This document shows positions 55,084 through 64,000 of a stretch of DNA of 64,000 nucleotides, piece by piece. The stretch lies in NCBI GenBank assembly GCA_000004985.1, contig GG738870.1; one strand, given 5' to 3'. Positions within the stretch are counted from its first letter, which is position 1, and the number at the start of each line of letters is the position of its first letter. Source of the stretch: Naegleria gruberi. Its lineage: Eukaryota. A program made the position numbers and the translations under genes. Under the pieces are notes generated by a model. The model made no database searches. It was not told the DNA's origin and saw only the letters and a program-made list of their open reading frames with translations.

Positions 55084-58063
55084 ATGGCTCCATCAAGTCT
55101 TGATCTTGGTATTGAATGGCATGCTATGGATAGAGCCCAACGTTTGGCTCAAATATACGAGTTGTATGAAAAGGCTCAAAAAGAAAAATTAAATACATTG
55201 GAATCAAAATTGGCAAATTCATCGGAACCATTAGAATATAGAGTTAGTGAGGATAAACCAATTGAATTGGATAGAGTCATTTCTTTCGTTCCCGATTCTT
55301 ACAGATCAAATGAAAATAGAGAGGATGTTATTTTGGAATTTGTTGAAAATTTTAATTTACAATATTCTCAATTATTTAAGGATAGAAAGCCTTTAATTTT
55401 ATATCCTGAAAATGAAGTTGGCATTCATGTAGGTATTTTATTCTAAAGATAGTGAATATAATATTATTTATTGGAACAATTGTTTTTATTTCTAATATTA
55501 AGAAATTTATTTGTACATACATTAAACCAACTCTATTGCCATATCCTGATTTATATGATGCTAAAGGAATAGCTCAGTTTATTCACCATCATACAACTTT
55601 TGAATCATTGGATAGACCATTTGAAATTGTAAGTTTGGATTGGTTTGTGTGAAATAATTCTAATAACTTTAGCCTGAAGTTGTTTGTAGTCCAACTACAA
55701 CTCTATATTGGCAAAAAGGAAATAGTTTTGATTTATCAACTTTATTAGTTTCTTTATTAATTGGAGCAGGATTTAATGCTTATTGTGTATCTGGATATGC
55801 TAAAAAGAGTATAGTTCTAAACGATCAAACTCAAAGTAATTCACCAATTGAAATTGAACCTGAAGAAGAGGAAATTACAGAAGAACAAAGAGTTTTCAAG
55901 CCAAGTAAATACAAATTAAAGACAAGACCAAATTTAACAAGTCATTTTAGAAGGGAAGATTATCCACTCAAGGAAGATATTGATATAATTGAAAGTAAAG
56001 TTAGTGAAGTATTAGGTGAAGATATTGAATCAGAGCAAGAAAAGATTCAACAAAATATTGGGAAAATTCTCAATTATGTTCATTGTTGGGTTGCAGTTCT
56101 ACCTGGTAGAAGAGATGTTAAAGCACCATTCTTTATTGAACCAAGTTCAGGACAAGTATTTGAATTGAATGAAATTGATGAAGCTGGTTATTATGGAATT
56201 GAAAGTTTGTGGAATCATGAAAACTATTGGTGTAATATTTCATTTGAAAAGAAGATTTCTGAAATTGTTTTTGATTTGAAGAATTTACGTCATTGGGAAT
56301 ATGTTTTCATTCAACATTCAAAAGAGAGTGAAATTGAAGATGAAGATGAAAATGCTCAAGAAGAGAAGAGAATTGAATTTTTAACTGTAGATGAAGGTGA
56401 ATATGATGATGATGTATTGGATGTTCCTTCTTCATGGGTTGGAAGAATTTCAATTGCTAAAAGAAAATATGAAGATAGATATCCGCTCAATTACAAACTT
56501 GTTGAATATGCGAATACTACTATTGAATATTTCTCTCCTTATTTTAGAAGTGATTTAGTTACAAAGATTATTACTTGTTTTCATGATGAAATGAAGGAAA
56601 AGACAAAAGAAATTCATTATTATTATAGTAATAGAAAGTAAGTTTCAATTATTATCATTATTAATGATTCACAATTTCATATTATTATATATGACAATTA
56701 ATACCAATTCAACTATAGAGATTTATTAAGAAGAAGATCAGTCTATTACATTTATTCATCAGCAGATTCTGATGTACCAATTAGAGAGAGAATTCATGAA
56801 TGGTTTGATCCTGGAAGAAAGACAACTTCTAATTTTGAAGCCTTGAAAGAATTTGTATTTGAGAAGGGAGTTAGAAGAGAATATAAATTTTATAGTGAAG
56901 CAAGATTGGATGGATTAGAAAAGAGAACTGAATTATTTGAATCTAAAAATTTAATTCAACCTAAAAAAGTAATTGAATATTTCCATAATAGAATTGATTT
57001 CGGAGATTATTTATGTTATAGATCTGTTACTTATGATATTGATAAATCAAGTGCAGGATTATTAAGTCAAGATCATCCAGAAGATGATAAATATGGACCA
57101 ATTATTGGAGATTTAGGATCAACACAAAATAATAATTCAAATGGATTGAGTGGATCAATGATTGATTTTTCAAATACAACTGATAAAAGTTTTACAGATG
57201 GAGCCTTAACAAGAAGAAAACAATTGAATGATAATATCATTATTAAAATGACAGAAAAATTCCTTAGAGATGAAAGTAGAAATGCTAATGAAGATGTTGC
57301 CAAGAGAACATTCTATATTGTTGATAAAAAGATTAGATTAGAATATCATTATGGTGAAGGTAAAATAACAAGATCAGTGAGAGAATATACAAAAGATGGT
57401 CAATTTTATACAGAAATTATTGATCCATTCATGCCAAGACCTAAACTTGTTGATACAGTTGAAGAATATCATGCACTCTTACAAACTGAAGTTAAATGTA
57501 AAGAAGATATTATTAAGAGTACTGCTGAAATGGCAAATATACTTCAAACAAGATATTCAGAAGAGAAGAATATTCAATTTACCACAACTATTTATGATGT
57601 TGAAAGAAATAGACCAACTGAAGAAGAATTGAGATTATTAAGAGAAAAGGAAAGAGAATTAGAAGAACAACGTAAGAATAAGGACCTAGTTGATCATTTA
57701 ATACCTAAAGATGGTGTTAAAAGTGTTCAACAAGCTGAAGAAATTTATTATACAGTTATGAAAGATCTTAAAGATCAACTCATGATGAGAATTAATATTA
57801 TTGAAGAAAGATTACAAAAAGAAAAACAAAAATTGGCAAGAAGAAGAACCATGTATCAAAAAAGTCAAGAAGGAGTTGATAGAAATAGTGAAGAATATGT
57901 TCAATTCTGTCAAGATACTTTATTCAAAATTAAAATTCTCAAACAAAGAGCAGAAGATCACAATGCAAGAGCTGCAAAGAAATTTGCAGAATTGAAAGAA
58001 AAATTATTGAATCACAAACAATTAGGAGGATTCTTAAAACATTTGAAAAATAAGAAGAATTAA
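55084..58063 (+). CDS. DRC7: dynein regulatory complex subunit 7 (DRC7/CCDC135)-like, with a transglutaminase-like core; exons 55084..55428, 55503..55628, 55673..56637 and 56719..58063
   Basis: Introns GTAGGT(55429)..AAG(55502), GTAAGT(55629)..TAG(55672) and GTAAGT(56638)..TAG(56718) join four listed ORFs in frame. Transglutaminase-like triad context FDLSTLLVSLLIGAGFNAYCVSGYA and NYVHCWVAVLPG. Long C-terminal coiled coil. Size (about 926 aa) and architecture match DRC7. Confidence 0.6.
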
Positions 58064-58412
58064 TTGTTTGGTGAAATAGTACATATTTAATTATTAATAA
58101 ATATAATATTATACTATAAATAGACTAACCGTAATTGTATTTAACAATGTATTGTACAGTAAAGTTTCAAATTTATTAAGGGGTGGTTGATAAATTAATT
58201 GATGGTTCAATATTTGTTCATGATGATACATGTAGTTGTGGTTGTTAACATGTTCTTAATAGTGAGTGCACTGAACCAATGTTAAGAGATTGATTGTTAT
58301 TTAATTGTTATATACTCTCGTTGTTGTGTGAGAGGAGTATTTGAACTTGGTGGTAGTTACTATTAAGATTAAGAATAATCATCATCTTGTTCATCTTCAT
58401 CTCTTTAAAAAA

Positions 58413-60649
58413 ATGAATGATCATCACAATGATGAAAACTCTAAGGAAAATATAGATTATATAAAACAATCTAATGATGATCAATCCTTATATCTATTAA
58501 ATACTACCATTACTATCACTACTACAACTTCTAATAATAATAATAATAATAATACTATTAATAATACTTTTGAAAATAATAATGAAAGAATACAAGATGA
58601 AGATGAATTATCACTTCATTTAGGACAAGAACATTTAAATAATAACACAATTACATATGATGAAGCTATTAATGAGTTAGGATTTGGTTTATTTCAAATT
58701 TTATTAATGCAAGTTTGTGGTGCTGGTTGTTTGGTAAGTTTTTATATATTAAATAAATTATTTAAGTAATATTAAATTATTTAACATTACAATATTTAAT
58801 ATATTATTGTAATAGTTTGATGGTATTGAATTATCTTTAATTTCATTTGTAATTCCAGGTATTAAACAACAATGGAATTTAAATGCTATTGAAACAGGTG
58901 CATTAGGAAGTATTGTATTTTTTGGAATGATGTTTGGTGCTTGGTTTGGAGGTTTTTTAAGTGACAAATTTGGAAGAAAATTAGTTTTTTGTAGTTCCAT
59001 TTTTATTTCTTCTGTATTTTTATTAGCAAGTTGTTTTTCTGTTCATTTAGGAATGTTAATTACTTTAAGATTTTTTGTAGGTGTTGGTTTAGGTGCAATG
59101 GGTATGTTTTTATTTATACTTTCTATATTTAGTATTAATAATTTTATATTAAAAAATATAATTTAATAACAATTAATTTAAAAATAATAATTTAATATTT
59201 AAAATAGTACCATGTGATTTTTCATTAATGTTAGAATTTTTACCATCTAAAAATAGAGGTGCCTTATTAGGATTATTACAAATATATTGGAGTGTAGGAG
59301 CAGCACTTGAATGTTTAATTTCCTATTTATGTATTGAAGTAATTTCTAAACAATTTGAAAAAGGAAATCTATTAAATGATGGATGGAGATGGTGCATGTT
59401 TTTTTCTTCCATATTTGGATTTTTAATTTTCTTTTTAAGATTATTTGTTCCAGAATCTCCAAGATTTTATTTAATTAAAAGAAATTTTGAAAAAGTTGAT
59501 CAAGTAATTGAAAAAATTTCAAAATTAAATAGAAAATCTTTAAATGATAAAAAAGTAAGATTAGCAACAACTACTAGAACACAATCTTCAATGAAATTAT
59601 TTTCCAAATCAAGAGATTTCCAAATTGAGATGACACATCAAGAAGAATTTAAATCTTTAACTATTTTTAATCAATTTAAAATGTTATTTTCAAAGGAATT
59701 TTTATTTTCAACAATATTATTATTTATTATTTGGTTCATGTTAAGTTATGGTGGTTGGGGTTTTAATTGTATGTTTTAATATTAATTTATTAATTTTATT
59801 TAATTTAATTTTATTTTAATTTTATTTAAATTTTATTTAATTTAATTTTTTAATATTTTTAAAATAGTTTTAATTCCAATTGTATTTGAAAAAATTCAAC
59901 ATAATAATGTATATTTAAATTCCTTTTATGTAACAAGTGTTGGATTTATATCGAATATATTAACATTATTTATTATAGATAAAATGTCAAGAAGAACACT
60001 TATGGGAATAACATTTATATTTACAGGAATATTTACAGCCTTAGTAGGAGTATCAAATAATCCATATTCAGTTTTAACATTTTCAATGTTAGCAAATTTC
60101 ATGTCTTCATTTCCATGGGCATTATTATATACTTATACTCCTGAATTTTATCCAACTTCAATTAGAACAACTGGAATGGGTGCATGTTCTGTTTTTACTA
60201 GATTAGCAGGTGCAATTACTCCAATGTTTGGTACTTTGGTTTTAGAATCTGGTTATTTCATTCCTTTTTTAACTTATGGAATTGCTTTAATCATTGCTGG
60301 TATTTGTTCTTTTTTATTAAGAAAGGAAACTTTAAATTCTACTTTACAAGATGTTTCAATTCATCAAAAATCAAAAGAAGAATATTTTTATTCTGAATTA
60401 TCTTTAAATGAACCTATTTTAAATGATTTAATTCAACAAGATGATAATAATACTAATAATACTAATAATAATAATAATATGGAGGAGGATGACAACATGG
60501 ATGAACAGAGTCAACAAACAAGTCATAACATTAATAATAATAACAACAGCATGTTATTTGAAAGAAATGTTTCTATTGCTACTGAGCCATCAATGAAACA
60601 AGATGAAATTGATTCAAATGATTATGTTATTGCTTCAAATAAATTCTAG
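58413..60649 (+). CDS. major facilitator superfamily transporter (SV2/organic-cation/sugar-transporter-like) with N-rich low-complexity N- and C-termini; exons 58413..58733, 58816..59101, 59208..59768 and 59868..60649
   Basis: Three AT-rich introns (GTAAGT at 58734; GTATGT at 59102; GTATGT at 59769) join four ORFs. MFS signatures GxLSDKFGRK, FFVGVGLGAMG|VPCDFSLMLEFLPSKNRG, and about 12 TM helices. Confidence 0.7.
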
Positions 60650-60815
60650 TTTCATTCAGCTTTTCAAACATTGTATTTCAATTAAATTTCAATTAAATTT
60701 CAATTTTATTTTTTTAATAAGGAAGTAAACAAGTAATTTAATATTGTCATACAAGAGCCTTTCTTTTAAATTTACAATATGCTTAGAGTTTTTTGACCAA
60801 TGTAGTCAAAAATAA

Positions 60816-61820
60816 TTAAAAAGTACCAGACATGTTAACAGAACCACCGAATAGAACTGAACGTGTAGGGAATGATTTAGTACCACAACTCATTGGTTTG
60901 AAAATTGGTTTCTTTTGTTCCTTTTCATCCTTTTTAGATAAAGTTCTCTTATCATATGGATCTTCAATATAAGCAGGGAAATCACTTCTTTGTTTAACAG
61001 GAGATGGATAGAATGGTTTTCTCTTATCTTCATTTTCCTTCTTTGGTGAAGAAGATTCCTTTTCTAATGCCTTTTTAATTGTTGCTTCAACTTTATCATC
61101 TGTACCTAAAATTCTAGGAGCAGCAACAGATTTATGAGTATCAAAATAATCTAAATGATGTGATGATGAAATAAAAGCCTTCTTTGCAACTTGTTTAGCC
61201 TTTTCATTTTCCTTTTCCTTTTTCTTTTCCATTGAATGATCAAATGGATCAGTTTCGTATTTGTATTCTGTACCTCTTGAAATTGTTAAACCTAAATATC
61301 CAAATGTACCTCTTTTAGGTGGAGATGTATAAATTGGTCTCTTTTGTTCCTTAATTGGTTGTGGTTTTTCACCCTTAGCTAAAACTTCATATTCTTGTTC
61401 ATGTTGAAAAACAGAACCAATTGTACCATAATATGTTCCCAAGCCTACTGATTTCTTTGGAGGTGATGATGGTTTAAATGGTGTCTTGTGTGTTTGTTGT
61501 ACTTTAACCTCATTTTCCTTTCTATACTTTCTTTCATTGGTTCCTGGATCCATATAAGGATCACCTTCATAAAGTGATTTAAAGTCTCCAAATGTAATTC
61601 CTTTACCAACTTTACCTCTCTTTGTTGGTCCAGTTAAAAATTGTTTACCAAGTGTTCTACCATCTTTCATTCGTTGGTCTCTTAATATTTTACTCTTATC
61701 ATATTCATCACCAATTGTTGTATATCCTAAATCAACTGGTTCGTTAACGTTTGGTTTGTTACTCATCTTATTGTTATTTTTATGATTGTCGTCGTAATAT
61801 TGTAGTAAATTTACAGTCAC
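60816..61820 (-). CDS. CFAP96: cilia- and flagella-associated protein 96 (C4orf47/UPF0602) homolog
   Basis: LGYTTIGDEYDKS (human EYITVGDKYVSQ). KTPFKPSSPPKKSVGLGTYYGTIGSVF (human KAFLPSNGEKKPCGLGSYYGTIGGPV). YTSPPKRGTFGYLGLTI (human YTNPGKKGTGYGYANITI). KPFYPSPVKQ / FKPMSCGTKSFPTRS repeats. Confidence 0.6.
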   Translation of the reverse strand: MTVNLLQYYDDNHKNNNKMSNKPNVNEPVDLGYTTIGDEYDKSKILRDQRMKDGRTLGKQFLTGPTKRGKVGKGITFGDFKSLYEGDPYMDPGTNERKYRKENEVKVQQTHKTPFKPSSPPKKSVGLGTYYGTIGSVFQHEQEYEVLAKGEKPQPIKEQKRPIYTSPPKRGTFGYLGLTISRGTEYKYETDPFDHSMEKKKEKENEKAKQVAKKAFISSSHHLDYFDTHKSVAAPRILGTDDKVEATIKKALEKESSSPKKENEDKRKPFYPSPVKQRSDFPAYIEDPYDKRTLSKKDEKEQKKPIFKPMSCGTKSFPTRSVLFGGSVNMSGTF

Positions 61821-62466
61821 CGTTAGAGCGGTAAGGTTTTATATAAATACACTCTCTGAGGGTGTTGTGTTGTTGAGGTATTTTTTTTAAGATTGGTTTT
61901 TAAAACGTAACTGTAGATTTTTTATTCTCTCCCTCAGAGTTCGTTAATAACTGAAAAACTTTACAAGACGTAACGGCAAGTGTCGATAAATTTCATCATT
62001 TCTCTCTCTCGTACATTTTCAATCAGCAGCAATTAATAATATTTGATGATTGCTGCTACAATCAGTTGATGATTTTAAATATAATATAATATTAAGGAGG
62101 ATTGATGCTTAATAATAATAATCATGATTCTTAAAGGAACAATATTAATTGAATATATATTAATCAAATAGTGTAACGGTAACACGTAAATTTCAAATGT
62201 TGATTTGGCGCTAAATTTCAAATCCATCAATGGTCATCAAATTTACTTCTAATTTGAATTTCTAAATATTAAATCAATTATTCAAAATATAAATATGAAG
62301 GAAATCCTTCAAAATATTTAAAGGGAGTTAAATATTTTACACTCTCTTGAACAAAATAACATTCAATTAAAATAATAATATTTAAAATTAAATTCATTTT
62401 AATATTTTACAATTTACTATATTACACAATCAATAATCATTTAAAATAATCATTTAAAATAATAAT

Positions 62467-62677
62467 NNNNNNNNNNNNNNNNNNNNNNNNNNNNNNNNNN
62501 NNNNNNNNNNNNNNNNNNNNNNNNNNNNNNNNNNNNNNNNNNNNNNNNNNNNNNNNNNNNNNNNNNNNNNNNNNNNNNNNNNNNNNNNNNNNNNNNNNNN
62601 NNNNNNNNNNNNNNNNNNNNNNNNNNNNNNNNNNNNNNNNNNNNNNNNNNNNNNNNNNNNNNNNNNNNNNNNNNNNN
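62467..62677. other. assembly gap (211 N)
   Basis: A run of N inside the 3' part of the Ras-like GTPase gene. ORF 62450..62689 with poly-X is an artefact of the gap. Confidence 0.95.
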
Positions 62678-63294
62678 CACTTGTTTCAAAATAGGGAGTA
62701 TCAGATGGTAATTGTAATTCTTCTACAATATATTGTAATGCTTCTTTCTTTGTTATTATTCTTTGATCTGCTAAATCACATTTATTAGCAACAATAACAA
62801 ATGGAACTGAAGTATATAACATGTTATCTTCTTTCACTCTTTTAATTCCCTCTACAAAATTAATTAATTCTTCAAGTGATTGTTTCATTGTAACATCAAA
62901 AACAAGTACAAATCCATCATTTCTTCTCATATATGTATCTCTTAATGCTATTATTATTATGTTATGTTATTATTATATTATTATATTATATTATATTGTT
63001 ATTATTATTTAAATAATTAAATTGTAATAAATTATTATTATAATATTATTAATATTAATAAATGTTATTAAACATACCAATAAATTCATCTTGACCAGCA
63101 GTATCAGTAATTTCTAATTGTACAACTTTATCATCAACTTTAATTTGTTTCTGATATGAATCTTCTATTGTTGGATCATATTGAGCTTGATAATAATGTT
63201 GTACGAATTGAATTGTTAAGGAACTCTTGCCAACACCACCCCCACCTACTACTGCTATTTTATATTCTGCTTGTTTTCTATTTGATGATGACAT
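62678..63294 (-). CDS. Ras-family small GTPase (Ras/Rap-like), 3'-partial because of the gap; exons 63294..63078 and 62947..62678 (continuing into the gap)
   Basis: Real ATG at 63294 (the listed ORF starts at an upstream TTG). [19 protein letters not shown], effector [23 protein letters not shown] donor at 63077 and a 130-nt AT-microsatellite intron. The acceptor gives ...FI|[17 protein letters not shown] (Ras YSAMRDQYMRTGEGFLCVF). NKCDL and ...TPYFETS follow, then the gap. Confidence 0.7.
62950..63060. repeat. AT-rich microsatellite (ATT/TTA/TATAT units) inside the Ras-like intron
   Basis: Read directly: ttattattattatgttatgttattattatattattatattatattatattgttattattatt... Confidence 0.7.
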
Positions 63295-63706
63295 TTTTTT
63301 AATTGTTGTTTTAATTGATGATGGAACATGTCGCAAAGATCTTGTTAAATGTCATCGAGACAGGATATGAACTTGTGAAGTTTGTTCAAATACTTAGAAT
63401 GAACACAAGCACCTCAACTATTTGAACATATTATTACATGTAGAGAAATTGGTTCCATGTTCATTAGTTTTTTGCAAGTCAATAAACTGTTGAATATTTG
63501 GAAGAGTATTAATAAGGTATGTAATGAAGAGATGTATTGTAGCAGGAATTTTCACATTATTGTAAATGAATTGGTCTCTTAATTCCTTTATTGAGTACGG
63601 AATAATAAGAACTGAAGAAGGCTCCACACTCACTATAACAACATGACCGTATAACTAATGCACACACCCAGTGAGTATATTAATGAAATTCTCTATGAAA
63701 AAAAAA

Positions 63707-64000
63707 TGTCTCAACGTTATGAAATTACAGAATCATCTAAAAGCCTTGATGAAACTATTAAGGAAATTATAAGTGATGCTAAAAATCCACTTTCATGTAC
63801 AATAACATTATCAGATGAATGTTATAATCAAAATTTAACTATTATTGAATGTTCTAATATTAAACAATTACAAATATTAAAAGAACGTAATTCAACTAAT
63901 AATACTAATAACAATAATAATAATACAGCAAATAGTAATAATAACAATACAACATCTACATCAACTGCCCATAATAATACTTCAACATCTACTACTACTG
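63707..64000 (+). CDS. hypothetical protein, 3'-partial, with an N/T-rich low-complexity region
   Basis: ATG at 63707 and an open frame to the window end (MSQRYEITESSKSLDETIKEIISDAK...NNNNNNTANSNNNNTTSTST...). Not in the ORF table because no stop is reached. Confidence 0.3.

Noticed and set aside
62450-62689. ORF 62450..62689 translating a run of X
   Set aside because: Produced by the 211-N assembly gap.
1-64000. Dictyostelid (social amoeba) origin suggested by the AT-richness, N-runs and GTAAGT mini-introns
   Set aside because: The presence of BBSome (BBS7), N-DRC (DRC7) and CFAP96 genes implies a flagellated organism, and dictyostelids lack cilia. The exact taxon cannot be determined from sequence alone.
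1-64000. Prokaryotic-style systems (CRISPR arrays, operons, defence islands, integrons)
   Set aside because: Spliceosomal introns, Pol III tRNA genes with T-run terminators, eukaryote-specific proteins and monocistronic gene organisation throughout. No direct-repeat/spacer arrays were seen.

Overview
The window is eukaryotic nuclear DNA: AT-rich (about 32% GC overall), gene-dense, with very short spliceosomal introns (37-164 nt; donors GTAAGT/GTATGT/GTTTGT, acceptors YAG). It is not prokaryotic; there are no CRISPR arrays or operons. I reconstructed about 44 protein-coding genes (many split by 1-3 tiny introns that the ORF track does not join), three tRNA genes, one eRF1 pseudogene relic and one assembly gap. 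Identifiable products include BBS7, DRC7 and CFAP96 (all cilium/flagellum proteins, so the source is a flagellated organism), a TPX2/FAM161-like protein, USP5, an ATAD2/Yta7-like AAA-bromodomain ATPase, Uso1/p115, a P4-ATPase flippase, MCM7, CBP20 with an RD/RY-repeat tail, DNAJC11, phosphatidylserine decarboxylase, CCDC25, DERA, an aldo-keto reductase, a p24/emp24 protein, a SelM/Sep15-like protein (Cys form), an AMPK-gamma-like CBS protein, ZFAND1, an Exo84-like protein, a Nup88-like protein, an MFS transporter and a Ras-like GTPase. The source is probably a free-living flagellated protist; Naegleria-like is only a guess. The stretches that most deserve a second look are the 23.9-28.7 kb accessory-looking island and the 13-62 kb run of ciliary genes. 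No exon coordinate has been checked against RNA evidence or by homology search. Low-confidence items are the Exo84-like first exon (28716..28740), the optional intron in the 8470..9261 gene, and the Nup88-like identity.
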